Positions 49,550 through 59,622 of a stretch of 64,000 nt of DNA are shown piece after piece. The stretch lies in IMG/VR virus record IMGVR_UViG_3300023174_000061; one strand, written 5' to 3'. The notes under the pieces are model-generated. The model was not told the DNA's origin, did no database searches, and saw nothing but the letters and a program-made list of their open reading frames with translations. The stretch is from a virus. Positions within the stretch are counted from its first letter, which is position 1. Each line of letters starts with the position of its first letter. Made by a program: the position numbers and the translations under genes.

Positions 49550-50587
49550 ATGGCACTTTGGGGTATTTCATCAACTTCGGAAACTACGGCAAACAATTAC
49601 GCTATTCCAAAATTTCAAAGAGACACGGACCGTAACAGGAGCCCTTGGAATACTTTCGCAGATGCTCGTGGTTGGATCCAAAGAAGATACAAGACTAGAG
49701 AAAATTCAGGAATTTCTACTCGTTATTTTGACGAAGTTTTGGTTACAGTTCCTGATTTGAACTCTACTAATACTGGTATTAGTAGCCAATTTGCTGGTAT
49801 TGGAACTGCTGGTCCAGTTGCAGTTTTCTTTGAAGATCCAAATTTAGCATCACCAATTTCTATTGGTGGTGGTGCAACAACTGGTATTGCTACAAATACT
49901 ACTGGATATATTCACGTTGTGTTTAATGAACTTGTTTTTGCAAGTGCTGGTGCAACTGTTAGTATTCGTGCTTTTGATGCTAATAATGCAAATGAAACAA
50001 CAAGAATTGTTGCAACGGCAGCATCGATAAGTCCAGCTGCTATTCAATATGCTTGGGCTGGAACTGCTGCTACTCACGGTTCACCAGGGATATATACAGG
50101 GTATAACGGTCAAATTACAAACAGAGTGGCATTTGCATTTACATCTCCAAGCACTCTTTTAACTGCAAACGTTAACTTCTTAACTGGAATAACTACAGGA
50201 CCAACAGTTGCAATTGGAGCAACACAAATCTTTGTTAATTCTGTAGTAAACGTTTCTTCGGGAAGTTCACTTTCAGTTGCAGGTAAACTTACTAATGTTT
50301 CTGTTACTGGTGTTGGAGATACTTTCGTTTATATTGGAACGGGAAGCACAATTGGTACTACAATCATAGCAGGAACTGCTGCTACATTCAGCACAAGAAC
50401 TGTTGCTACTAAATTGTTTATTGATGCAAGCAGAGGGTTTATTGGTCTTGTTACCGATGGTTCTAATGGTGTTGGTGTAATTAGTTCATTCACACAACAA
50501 TTTGGAGATGTTCTTATTCGTAATATTGCTGGTGCTGGAACAACTTCTGGAGTTGGACTTGGAACTACTACATTAACGGTTAGATAA
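49550..50587 (+). CDS. Putative virion (fibre/decoration) protein, Thr/Gly/Ser-rich
   Basis: MALWG start, beta-rich composition, late promoter. Confidence 0.6.
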   Translation: MALWGISSTSETTANNYAIPKFQRDTDRNRSPWNTFADARGWIQRRYKTRENSGISTRYFDEVLVTVPDLNSTNTGISSQFAGIGTAGPVAVFFEDPNLASPISIGGGATTGIATNTTGYIHVVFNELVFASAGATVSIRAFDANNANETTRIVATAASISPAAIQYAWAGTAATHGSPGIYTGYNGQITNRVAFAFTSPSTLLTANVNFLTGITTGPTVAIGATQIFVNSVVNVSSGSSLSVAGKLTNVSVTGVGDTFVYIGTGSTIGTTIIAGTAATFSTRTVATKLFIDASRGFIGLVTDGSNGVGVISSFTQQFGDVLIRNIAGAGTTSGVGLGTTTLTVR

Positions 50588-50595
50588 AATATAAT

Positions 50596-50967
50596 ATGAG
50601 ATTTGATGAATTGAATGAAGATAATTATCTCTTATTTGCTATTAAATATTATGATAATCCACAATCTGTAACCAAAGATGATTTTTATGAGGACTTAAAA
50701 AGGTTCAAGTGGATAAAAAGATTATTGAAGAGACATAAAACAACGGGTGAGTTAAATGCTCACCTTTTGATTAATCATTTTATTATTCTTTATAATGTAT
50801 TTGGTGATGCAGCAACACCTTTATTGTTTTATAAAATAGATAGTGAGTTTTGGAGTATTATAAAAACTTTTGTAGTTTATCTTGGAAGATTGCCTGAAGT
50901 TCCAAAAACTAAAATTCATAATATTCCAATTGATATAGAATGTTTAGAACAACTTAATTTAATCTAA
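50596..50967 (+). CDS. Conserved T4-like cyanophage hypothetical protein
   Basis: FAIKYYDNP, F.EDLKRFK.IKRLL, L.NH.I.LYNVFG motifs. Confidence 0.75.
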   Translation: MRFDELNEDNYLLFAIKYYDNPQSVTKDDFYEDLKRFKWIKRLLKRHKTTGELNAHLLINHFIILYNVFGDAATPLLFYKIDSEFWSIIKTFVVYLGRLPEVPKTKIHNIPIDIECLEQLNLI

Positions 50968-51197
50968 TGAAAGAATCTACTCTAGACAGAATTATTTCAA
51001 TTGTAAGACACTATATTGTTGAAGATGGAATGTCTGTATCTGCTGCTCCTACAAATTCTACAAACCCACCAGGACAAATAAATATTGCAGGTCTTCCACC
51101 AGATAATCCTCCAGTAAAAAAGAAAAATAAAAAAAATATATTTTTAGGTAAAGGTTCTCGTAAAAACTGGATGCAAAAAAGAAAACCTCCACAATAA
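50967..51197 (+). CDS. Small basic hypothetical protein
   Basis: 76 aa; IVE|D..APTN..IAGLPPD.PPV followed by a Lys-rich tail. Confidence 0.6.
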   Translation: MKESTLDRIISIVRHYIVEDGMSVSAAPTNSTNPPGQINIAGLPPDNPPVKKKNKKNIFLGKGSRKNWMQKRKPPQ

Positions 51198-51205
51198 TCA
51201 ATCCA

Positions 51206-51598
51206 ATGTATAGTCCCTCTCAAACAATAGAAACAAAGGTTGCAATCCTTGAGGAGAAGATCCATACAAGCGAACAGTTGATGCAACGTATTGAGAGTGC
51301 GATTGAAAAGATAAGTGAAGTAAATGCAAATGTAACTAAAATGCTTGTAGTTCACGAAGAAAAAATTAATAATGGGGAAAAGATTGAAGATATACTCTTC
51401 ACAAAGATGGATCAGTTGAAAGATAAGATGGATAAGGATCATACTGCAGTATTAACAAAGTTACAGGGATTGGAAAAAAAAGTTTGGGTAGGTATTGGAG
51501 TTCTTGCAGCAGTAAGTTTCACAATCAATAATTCAGAAATTCTGTCAAGTATCTTGACACAGACACAAGACAACGGTAGAATAGAGAGACTGAAATAG
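51206..51598 (+). CDS. Coiled-coil protein with C-terminal transmembrane segment
   Basis: Heptad pattern followed by LEKKVWVGIGVLAAVSF. Confidence 0.65.
   Translation: MYSPSQTIETKVAILEEKIHTSEQLMQRIESAIEKISEVNANVTKMLVVHEEKINNGEKIEDILFTKMDQLKDKMDKDHTAVLTKLQGLEKKVWVGIGVLAAVSFTINNSEILSSILTQTQDNGRIERLK
51554..51582 (+). promoter_or_regulatory. Sigma70-type promoter for primase-nrdAB, embedded in the upstream ORF
   Basis: TTGACA-N17-TAGAAT. Confidence 0.7.
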
Positions 51599-51610
51599 TA
51601 TTCTTTTGTA

Positions 51611-52612
51611 ATGAGTTTTGTTGATTCCAAATATATCGGGTTGGTTTCTTCCCGACTGGATAAGTTTGCTAAGAAAAAAGAAGGTCTTTATAACTTTCGA
51701 TGTCCTTACTGCGGTGATAGTCAAAGGACAAAGAGTAAAACGAGAGGGTATATTTACCAATTAAAGAATGATCACAATTTCAAATGTCATAATTGTGGGA
51801 CTTCTAGAACATTTACAAACTTTCTAAAAGATATGGATGCTGTTCTTTACGATCAGTATGTAATGGAAAGATATAAAGAAGGAACAACTGGAAGAGGATC
51901 ACAAACAAAGACACCTGAATTTAATTTTGAGAAACCAAACTTTTCAAAAAAAGCATTTGACCTCCCTACCATCGCAGAACTAAATAAAGAACACTCCGCA
52001 AGAAAATACCTAGAGGATAGAAAAATACCCAACAACTATCTGCGTGAATTGTATTTTTGTGAGAAGTTTAAAGAATGGACGAATACTCAAAAACATACCT
52101 TTGATAAAGTAGAAAAGGACGAACCACGAATTATTATTCCTTTAATTAACAAAGGAGAAATATTTGGATTTCAAGGTCGCAGTTTAAATAAAAACTCAAA
52201 GGTAAAATACATCACAATTATTCTTGATGATAAACATCCAAAAATTTATAATTTAGATAAACCGGATTATGACAAAATTGTTTATGTTGTTGAAGGACCA
52301 ATTGATAGTATGTTTTTAGATAATTCAATTGCTATGGTTGGTGCAGACATTGACAAAATGTTTTTTGTTTCTAATTTTGCAACAGAATTTGTGATGGTAT
52401 ATGATAATGAAAAACGAAATAAACAAATTGTTGATAGAATGGAAAAAGCAATACAAATGCGATTTCCAATCGTCATTTGGCCAAATGACTTGAAAGAAAA
52501 GGATATTAATGATATGATCCTTTCAGGAATTGATGCCTCAAAAATCATCAAGGAAAATACTTATATGGGATTAGAAGCAAAAGCAAAACTTATTGGATGG
52601 AAACGAGTATGA
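51611..52612 (+). CDS. gp61: DNA primase gp61
   Basis: FRCPYCGDS...CHNCG zinc finger; FQGR; TOPRIM VEGPIDS, YDNE, KDINDM. Confidence 0.96.
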   Translation: MSFVDSKYIGLVSSRLDKFAKKKEGLYNFRCPYCGDSQRTKSKTRGYIYQLKNDHNFKCHNCGTSRTFTNFLKDMDAVLYDQYVMERYKEGTTGRGSQTKTPEFNFEKPNFSKKAFDLPTIAELNKEHSARKYLEDRKIPNNYLRELYFCEKFKEWTNTQKHTFDKVEKDEPRIIIPLINKGEIFGFQGRSLNKNSKVKYITIILDDKHPKIYNLDKPDYDKIVYVVEGPIDSMFLDNSIAMVGADIDKMFFVSNFATEFVMVYDNEKRNKQIVDRMEKAIQMRFPIVIWPNDLKEKDINDMILSGIDASKIIKENTYMGLEAKAKLIGWKRV

Positions 52613-54906
52613 GCAACGGTACAAAGGTAATTAAGAGAAGTGGTGATAATGAACCTCTTGATCTAAATAAACTTCACTTGATGGTTGAGGAGGCATGTAG
52701 AGACCTCTCTGGTGTTTCTGCATCACAGGTAGAGATGCAATCTGGTATTCAATTTTATGATGGAATTACCACAGCAGAAATTCAGGAGATTTTAATTCGT
52801 TCTGCTTCTGATTTGATTGATTTGGAAAATCCAAATTATCAATTTGTTGCAGCAAGACTACTTTTGTTTTCTGTGAGAAAATCTTTGTATGGAAGAGTTC
52901 AAGATCATCCTGCTTTTATAGATCACATTAAGAATTGTGTTGATGTTGGAGTGTACGATCCAGAAATTTTAACTAATTATACGAAAGAAGAACTTGATAG
53001 ACTTGGTAGTTATATCAAGCATAGTAGAGATTATCTGTTTACCTATGCTGGTCTTCGTCAAGTAGTTGATAAGTATTTGGTTCAAGACCGCAGTAGTGGA
53101 CAAGTATATGAAACTCCTCAGTTCATGTATATGATGATTGCTGCTACTATCTTTGCTAGATATCCAAAAGAAACACGTCTTTCATATGTAAAGAGGTATT
53201 ATGACGCAATTTCAAAACACAAAATCAACATTCCAACTCCCATCATGGCAGGAGTTAGAACACCTCTCAGGCAATTTGCTAGTTGTGTTCTTGTTGATGT
53301 TGATGACACCCTCGATAGCATCTTCAGTAGTGATATGGCTATTGGGAGGTATGTTGCTCAAAGGGCAGGCATCGGTATCAACGCAGGTCGCATCCGTGGA
53401 ATCAATGCTAAAATCAGAGGTGGAGAGGTACAGCACACAGGTGTGGTCCCCTTCCTTAAAAAGTTTGAGGCAACTGTGCGATGCTGCACACAAAACGGTA
53501 TTAGAGGTGGTTCTGCTACAGTCCACTTTCCTATCTGGCATCAAGAAATAAGTGATATTTTAGTCCTAAAGAATAATAAAGGAACCGAAGATAATCGTGT
53601 TCGTAAATTGGACTATAGCATCCAAATCTCTAAACTATTCTATGAAAGATTTATTAGAAACGAAGAAATCTCCCTATTCTCTCCACATGATGTTGCTGGT
53701 CTGTATGATGCTTTTGGCACTGATAGATTTGACGACCTTTATGTGGATGCAGAACGAAATGCATCTATTCCAAGAAAAACTATTGGGGGTCAAGAACTCT
53801 TTCTGGCACTTCTAAAAGAAAGAGCAGAAACTGGTCGTATTTACATTATGAATATTGATCACTGTAACTCACACTCTTCTTTCTTGGATAAGGTTGAAAT
53901 GAGTAATCTTTGTCAAGAGATCACACTTCCCACAATTCCACTTCAGCATATTGATGACCCTAATGGAGAGATTGCACTTTGTATTCTTTCTGCTATTAAT
54001 GTTGGTAAAGTAAAAGATGATGAAGATTTTGAGGATCTTTGTAATCTTTCTGTTCGTGGTTTAGAAGAATTGATTGATTATCAAAACTATCCTGTAGTTG
54101 CTGCAGAGATTGGAACTAAAGCACGTAGATCTTTGGGTATTGGTTATATTGGTTTAGCACATTATCTTGCTAAACTTGGATTTGGGTATGATACTCAAGA
54201 TGCTTGGGATGCAGTCCATCAATTGTCTGAATCATTCCAATATTTCCTTCTTAAAGCATCAAATGAAGTTGCTAAAGAAAAGGGTGCTTGTGAATATTTC
54301 AATCGCACCAAGTATTCTCAAGGTATTCTTCCAATTGATACTTACAAGAAAGATGTAGATGAAGTATCTTCCGTTCCACTTCAGCACGATTGGGAAGCAT
54401 TAAGACAATCAATTAAAGAGTTTGGTATTAGGCATTCTACTCTTACTGCTCAAATGCCATCAGAATCAAGTTCAGTAGTTTCAAATGCAACAAATGGAAT
54501 CGAACCTCCTCGTGGATTCTTATCAATTAAGAAATCTAAAAAAGGTCCTCTTAAGCAGATTGTTCCACAGTATCAACATCTTAAAAACAATTATACGTTG
54601 CTTTGGGATATGCCTAGCAATCGTGGGTATATTAATATTGTTGCAGTTATGCAGAAGTTCTTTGATCAAGCAATTTCTGGAAACTGGTCGTATAATCCAG
54701 AGAATTATGCCAATAATGAAGTTCCTGTTAGCGTAATGGCACAAGACCTTTTAACTACATATAAGTATGGTTGGAAGACTTCTTATTATCAGAATACATA
54801 TGATAATAAGACGGATGAAGTTAAGGAGGATAAAGCAAGTATTGACGATTTAGTTAAAGAACTTTTAGAAGGAGGAGAAGAAGATTGTGAATCCTGTAAA
54901 ATTTAG
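52609..54906 (+). CDS. nrdA: Class Ia ribonucleotide reductase alpha subunit
   Basis: ATP cone, PTPIMAG, SCV, SNLCQEI, MPSESSS, terminal CESCKI. Confidence 0.97.
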   Translation: MSNGTKVIKRSGDNEPLDLNKLHLMVEEACRDLSGVSASQVEMQSGIQFYDGITTAEIQEILIRSASDLIDLENPNYQFVAARLLLFSVRKSLYGRVQDHPAFIDHIKNCVDVGVYDPEILTNYTKEELDRLGSYIKHSRDYLFTYAGLRQVVDKYLVQDRSSGQVYETPQFMYMMIAATIFARYPKETRLSYVKRYYDAISKHKINIPTPIMAGVRTPLRQFASCVLVDVDDTLDSIFSSDMAIGRYVAQRAGIGINAGRIRGINAKIRGGEVQHTGVVPFLKKFEATVRCCTQNGIRGGSATVHFPIWHQEISDILVLKNNKGTEDNRVRKLDYSIQISKLFYERFIRNEEISLFSPHDVAGLYDAFGTDRFDDLYVDAERNASIPRKTIGGQELFLALLKERAETGRIYIMNIDHCNSHSSFLDKVEMSNLCQEITLPTIPLQHIDDPNGEIALCILSAINVGKVKDDEDFEDLCNLSVRGLEELIDYQNYPVVAAEIGTKARRSLGIGYIGLAHYLAKLGFGYDTQDAWDAVHQLSESFQYFLLKASNEVAKEKGACEYFNRTKYSQGILPIDTYKKDVDEVSSVPLQHDWEALRQSIKEFGIRHSTLTAQMPSESSSVVSNATNGIEPPRGFLSIKKSKKGPLKQIVPQYQHLKNNYTLLWDMPSNRGYINIVAVMQKFFDQAISGNWSYNPENYANNEVPVSVMAQDLLTTYKYGWKTSYYQNTYDNKTDEVKEDKASIDDLVKELLEGGEEDCESCKI

Positions 54907-56071
54907 AGTTACTGCAGAGAAAGAAAAAATGATTGAAGGAATAACTGTATTTAATACTCAAGATGTAGATGCCAAAAAGCAACCTATGTTTTTTGGTGCT
55001 CCTCTTGGAGTTCAAAGATATGATTCTTATAAGTATCCTGTCTTTGATAAATTGACTCAACAACAGTTGGGATATTTCTGGAGACCAGAAGAAGTTTCTT
55101 TACAGAAAGATCGTGGAGATTACCAATCTCTTCGTCCAGAACAAAAGCACATCTTCACTTCTAATTTGAAGTATCAAATTCTTTTGGACTCAGTTCAGGG
55201 TCGTGGTCCTGGAATGGCTTTTACTCCTTATTGCTCTCTTCCAGAATTGGAAGCGTGTATGAAGGTTTGGGAATTTATGGAGATGATCCATAGTCGTTCC
55301 TATACATATATTATTAAGAATGTTTACTCTGATCCAACGGAAGTTTTTGATTCCATTTTGAGTGATGAAAGAATTCTAGAAAGAGCATCATCAGTAACTG
55401 GTGCTTATGATGACTTTATTAATTCCGCACAACATTATGGGAACTCTAATCTTTGGATTCACGCACAAGAGGGTGCTGGAAGTGCAAAAGAAGAAAGATA
55501 TGAACTCAAAAGAAAACTTTATCGTGCTATAGCAAATGTCAATATTCTCGAAGGTATCAGGTTTTACGTCTCGTTCTCTTGCAGCTTTGCATTTGGTGAA
55601 CTCAAACTTATGGAAGGATCCGCTAAAATTATCTCTCTCATCGCAAGAGACGAAAATCAGCACCTTGTTATTACTCAAAACATCCTCAATAAGTGGCGTG
55701 AAGGAGATGATCCAGAAATGCAACAAATTGCTAAAGAAGAAGAGGAATGGGTAAAGGGTGCCTTTGAGAATTGTGTAAATGAGGAAAAGAGGTGGGCAGA
55801 ATATTTGTTTAAAGATGGTTCAATGATTGGATTGAACGACAAACTTCTTTGGAGTTATGTTGAGTGGATTGCTAATCGTCGCATGAGGTCTATTGGTATT
55901 AAACCAATCTATGATGTTGCTGCGAAAAACAATCCACTTCCTTGGACGGAGCATTGGATTAGTTCCAAAGGACTTCAAGTAGCACCACAAGAAACGGAAG
56001 TTGAAAGTTATGTAGTTGGTGGTATTAAACAAGACGTAGAAAAAGATACTTTTGCTGGATTTCAACTATGA
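54887..56071 (+). CDS. nrdB: Class Ia ribonucleotide reductase beta subunit
   Basis: FWRPEEV, LDSVQGR, E.IHSRSY, EGIRFYVSF, RDENQH, APQETE..SY motifs. Confidence 0.97.
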   Translation: MNPVKFRVTAEKEKMIEGITVFNTQDVDAKKQPMFFGAPLGVQRYDSYKYPVFDKLTQQQLGYFWRPEEVSLQKDRGDYQSLRPEQKHIFTSNLKYQILLDSVQGRGPGMAFTPYCSLPELEACMKVWEFMEMIHSRSYTYIIKNVYSDPTEVFDSILSDERILERASSVTGAYDDFINSAQHYGNSNLWIHAQEGAGSAKEERYELKRKLYRAIANVNILEGIRFYVSFSCSFAFGELKLMEGSAKIISLIARDENQHLVITQNILNKWREGDDPEMQQIAKEEEEWVKGAFENCVNEEKRWAEYLFKDGSMIGLNDKLLWSYVEWIANRRMRSIGIKPIYDVAAKNNPLPWTEHWISSKGLQVAPQETEVESYVVGGIKQDVEKDTFAGFQL

Positions 56072-56074
56072 TGT

Positions 56075-56099
56075 GAGGGGTTTCGACCCCTCTTTTTTT
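56075..56099 (+). terminator. Intrinsic terminator after nrdB, abutting late promoter TATAAATA (56099-56106)
   Basis: GAGGGGT-TTCG-ACCCCTC followed by T7. Confidence 0.85.
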
Positions 56100-56128
56100 A
56101 TAAATAAAAAAAAGTATTGTTTATTCAT

Positions 56129-57538
56129 ATGTCTGGAATTTCTAAGTTCAAACGAATTTACAGTGAAGGTGTTGCAGCAGAGCATCCAGATATTGCAGGG
56201 CAGAAAGAATTTGCGAATAAGGCAGATGAAATTTTAGCAAGAAGAAAAAAAGATAGAGCACAAAGTGGAAAAAATGCTAAACTAGATGCTATTGGAAGAA
56301 AGTTATATAATATGAATAAAATTGGAGAAGAAACTGAACTTGGTGAAGCACATTGGGACCCAGCAACCAAAACAATTAGTGATAAGAAAAGAACTGGAAC
56401 TGACCCAGAAATTCAAAAAATGGCTGCAAAAGCAGCAGCATCTGGACCAAAGAAAAGAAAACCACTTGGTTCAGTTCGTAAGAATAGTGCAGACTTTAAA
56501 CCTTCCTCACCAGAGCAAGCAAAGTCAGATATGAAGAGTTGGGATAGATATTGGGAAGGTTCTTGGAAGAATAAGAAAATGAATGAAAAGATTGATGTAG
56601 GTGCTGATGCTGGTGCGACAATCAGTGATTTCGTACATTCAAAAAGCAAAACTTTTAAGGGTGATAGTAAGAAGCAAAGAATTAAGAGAGCACTTGGTGC
56701 TTATTATGGAGCACAAAAAGAAGAAACAGAAAACATTTATGATTATGTAATTGAAGCATTAGTTGATGCTGATTTCGCACAAGATTATGAGACTGCTGAA
56801 AATATGTTTGAGTGTATGAGTGATGAATTTGTAGCAGTTATTTTTGAAGAATATATTGAAGAGAAGGCAAGAGGAACTAGACCAAAAAGAACAGTTCACG
56901 CATATGATGTGGATGAGACTTTATTCGGTCACGGCAAGAAAGGAAAACCAAACGTTCAGGTTCACGTAAAAGACGCATCTGGAAAAAGAGTTCAAAGTTT
57001 AAGCAATCAAGAGTTTAATACTCATAAACTTGATAAAGCTAAGGGACATTCTTATGATTTTAGTGAGTTTCAAAGTGCTAAAAAGTTTAAGGAAACTTCA
57101 AGTCCAAATAAAAAAGTAATCAAAGACGTTAAAAGAAAACAAGCAAGAGGACAAAACGTTCATATAATTACTGCTCGTTCAAAGTTTGATAAACCAAGTG
57201 AATTCCAAGGACATTTGAAGAAGCACGGTATTGATGTTCCTATGAATAAAATTCATTATACTGGTGGAATGAAAGGTAGTGATATTGGAAAGAAAAAAGT
57301 AGATGTTGCAAATGCAGTTGCAAAGCAGAGTGGTGCTAAAACAACTCATATGTATGATGATGCTGCAAAAGTTCATAAGGCATTTGAGAAAGAGAAAAAG
57401 AACAAACCAACTTCGGCAAAAATCAAAACTCATATGGTTGCACCAGACAAAAAGGGAGAAACTAAAGTTCGTTCTTATCAAGCAACAAAAAATGAAGAGA
57501 TGACTTCCTATGACTACTGGAAGCAATTTGTAGATTGA
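56129..57538 (+). CDS. Modular protein with C-terminal HAD-superfamily phosphatase domain; putative capsid-internal polyprotein
   Basis: HAD motif I YDVDETLF, motif II IITARS, motif IV MYDD; basic modules and an acidic spacer upstream. Confidence 0.65.
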   Translation: MSGISKFKRIYSEGVAAEHPDIAGQKEFANKADEILARRKKDRAQSGKNAKLDAIGRKLYNMNKIGEETELGEAHWDPATKTISDKKRTGTDPEIQKMAAKAAASGPKKRKPLGSVRKNSADFKPSSPEQAKSDMKSWDRYWEGSWKNKKMNEKIDVGADAGATISDFVHSKSKTFKGDSKKQRIKRALGAYYGAQKEETENIYDYVIEALVDADFAQDYETAENMFECMSDEFVAVIFEEYIEEKARGTRPKRTVHAYDVDETLFGHGKKGKPNVQVHVKDASGKRVQSLSNQEFNTHKLDKAKGHSYDFSEFQSAKKFKETSSPNKKVIKDVKRKQARGQNVHIITARSKFDKPSEFQGHLKKHGIDVPMNKIHYTGGMKGSDIGKKKVDVANAVAKQSGAKTTHMYDDAAKVHKAFEKEKKNKPTSAKIKTHMVAPDKKGETKVRSYQATKNEEMTSYDYWKQFVD

Positions 57539-57550
57539 TGGAGTAGGAAG

Positions 57551-57664
57551 ATGAATGAGGAGTTTCAAAAACCTCATAAAAAGAAAACTTTTTCTCAACA
57601 AGAGAAACTTTTGAAACTCCAAAAACTATTGAAAAAACTAGAAGACAAGAAGAAAAAAGAATAA
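57551..57664 (+). CDS. Tiny Lys-rich peptide (37 aa)
   Basis: MNEEFQKPHKKKTFSQQEKLLKLQKLLKKLEDKKKKE; GGAG/AGGA upstream. Confidence 0.4.
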   Translation: MNEEFQKPHKKKTFSQQEKLLKLQKLLKKLEDKKKKE

Positions 57665-57702
57665 ATAAGTATATAAAAGTACTTTTTACTGCTCCCAAGA
57701 AG

Positions 57703-59565
57703 ATGAATAAAAAAGATTTGGATGCTTTGAACGAGTTATATTCGAGTGTTTATAGTGGAGAGCAGTTAGATGAGGCTCCTGCACCTTGGGAAACAGAGGG
57801 GTTTCGGAAAAGTAATGCGGGAAAATTTGTTTCAAAAGTTTCAAATGCTGCCAGATCATTTGGAAATTATCTTGCTCCACCTGCTTCTGCATCTGCTAAT
57901 CCAAGTGTGAGAGCTGCGGCAGCAAGAGAAACTTCCGCAACAACACCTGCCAAGAAGATGGGATCTGAAGTTCCAAAAAGAATTTCACAGGCTCCAAGAC
58001 CCACAGCACTTCCACAAGCATCTACACCATCTACTGCACCAAGACCAGCAGCATCTTCAACTGTTCTTGCAAAACAAAAAGGAGTTGAAGGTAAGTTAGA
58101 TAAAGCAACTGGTAAGTTTACTGCTGGTGCGTTTAGTGGTGCAGAGAAGTCCCGTTATTCAAGTGTTGCTGTAAAAAATGCTGGAACACAATCTACAACT
58201 AATGATAAAGAAGCAAATATGGCAACGTGGGCAAAGGCAAATAAAAATATGATACAAAATGTTGGTACGTCATCCCAAAAAGCAATTCTTGCAAAATCAG
58301 AACCTTTAAAATCATTTACTACAAAACCACCTACTCCTGGTTCTGGTGCTCTTGCAAACGCAGTTACAACAGCAACAGCAAAACCACTTGATACTAATTT
58401 TAAATCTATAAATAATACAAAGCCCAAACCAACGACAATGACACAATCTTACGAATGGTCTTCTGCTAAAACTTTGAGAGATATTGCAGGTGCTTATAAT
58501 GAAATCTACGAAGCAAAGAAAAAAGTAGACCAAGATGAAGATGGTGATAATGACTTTGCGGATGTAAGAGTTGCAAGAATGATTGCTTCTGGTGTTCCCA
58601 AAGCAAAAGCAATTGCTATGGTGAAGAACAAATCTTATAATGAAGAAGTTGAACTTTGGGTAAATGAACTTTTAGAAGAAGGTTATGACCTAAGTGAATA
58701 TACTTGGGAAGATATGTTTGAGATTTATGAAGAAATTGAATATATTGAAGAAAGAGACGAAGGAAAACCAGGTTTGATGTTTAAGAAGATTGCTGCAAAA
58801 GCAGCAAAGAAATATGGTTCAAAAGAAGCAGGGAATAGAGTTGCTGGAGCAATTCGTAAGAAAGTTCTTGCGAATGAAGCAACTGCGATGACTAAGAGAG
58901 GTTATGATGAGACCGAAATTCGTAATAAGATTGCAAAATCAACAGGTGGTGGAAAATTTGCCGATAAAGCAACTGAATTAGAAAATAGACCAACTTTTGG
59001 AGATAAGTCAAAGCAAGCATCAAGAGAAAAACTTGCAAGAACGCAGAGAGGTGATTTCCGCAGAACAAATTCTTCTGATTATGGTCTTCGTTTGGGTGCT
59101 CATAAGTCCAATGATCCTGCCGTAAAAGCAAAGCAGGCAGCAAGAGGAAAGCAAAGAAGTCCTTTGACCCCTAAAGAGAAAAAGCAACTCAATAGAGAGG
59201 CATATGAAGCATACGAGTTTGTATCATCATATCTTCTTGAAAACAACTTCGCAACAACAGTTGATGACGCAAATGTAATTATCAACAATATGAGTGAGGG
59301 TTGGTTTGAAAGTATTATGGAAGAAAAGAAACCTCTTCCTATTGCTAAAATGAAAAGAAAAGAAACAAAATTTCTTGGTAGTGATGAAGAACACCTTGCA
59401 GCATTGAAGACACCTATGGGTTCTCCTGAAAGAAAAAAAGCAATGAAAAACCTTGAAAAATTTGATAATATCAATACAGCAAGAACAAGTATTTCAAAAA
59501 GAGGTGGAAAAGAACCACATCCAATGCCAGAAGTAGGTAGATATAAACCAAAATACGAAGATTGA
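57703..59565 (+). CDS. Modular basic/acidic protein (620 aa); putative capsid-internal polyprotein
   Basis: Alternating Ala/Lys/Pro-rich and acidic segments; LDE|A, IYE|A, IEE|R and IME|E junctions. Confidence 0.6.
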   Translation: MNKKDLDALNELYSSVYSGEQLDEAPAPWETEGFRKSNAGKFVSKVSNAARSFGNYLAPPASASANPSVRAAAARETSATTPAKKMGSEVPKRISQAPRPTALPQASTPSTAPRPAASSTVLAKQKGVEGKLDKATGKFTAGAFSGAEKSRYSSVAVKNAGTQSTTNDKEANMATWAKANKNMIQNVGTSSQKAILAKSEPLKSFTTKPPTPGSGALANAVTTATAKPLDTNFKSINNTKPKPTTMTQSYEWSSAKTLRDIAGAYNEIYEAKKKVDQDEDGDNDFADVRVARMIASGVPKAKAIAMVKNKSYNEEVELWVNELLEEGYDLSEYTWEDMFEIYEEIEYIEERDEGKPGLMFKKIAAKAAKKYGSKEAGNRVAGAIRKKVLANEATAMTKRGYDETEIRNKIAKSTGGGKFADKATELENRPTFGDKSKQASREKLARTQRGDFRRTNSSDYGLRLGAHKSNDPAVKAKQAARGKQRSPLTPKEKKQLNREAYEAYEFVSSYLLENNFATTVDDANVIINNMSEGWFESIMEEKKPLPIAKMKRKETKFLGSDEEHLAALKTPMGSPERKKAMKNLEKFDNINTARTSISKRGGKEPHPMPEVGRYKPKYED

Positions 59566-59593
59566 TATAATATTACAACCCATTAAGTACCCC

Positions 59594-59622
59594 TTGACAG
59601 GTGCTTTTTTTATGACTATAAT
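59594..59622 (+). promoter_or_regulatory. Perfect sigma70-type promoter overlapping a terminator-like hairpin
   Basis: TTGACA-N17-TATAAT; late TATAAATA follows at 59654-59661. Confidence 0.8.

Noticed and set aside
39266-56071. Introns or inteins in gp43, gp41, nrdA and nrdB (also checked gp17 and gp20)
   Set aside because: All are continuous ORFs of normal length with no intein-like insertions evident.
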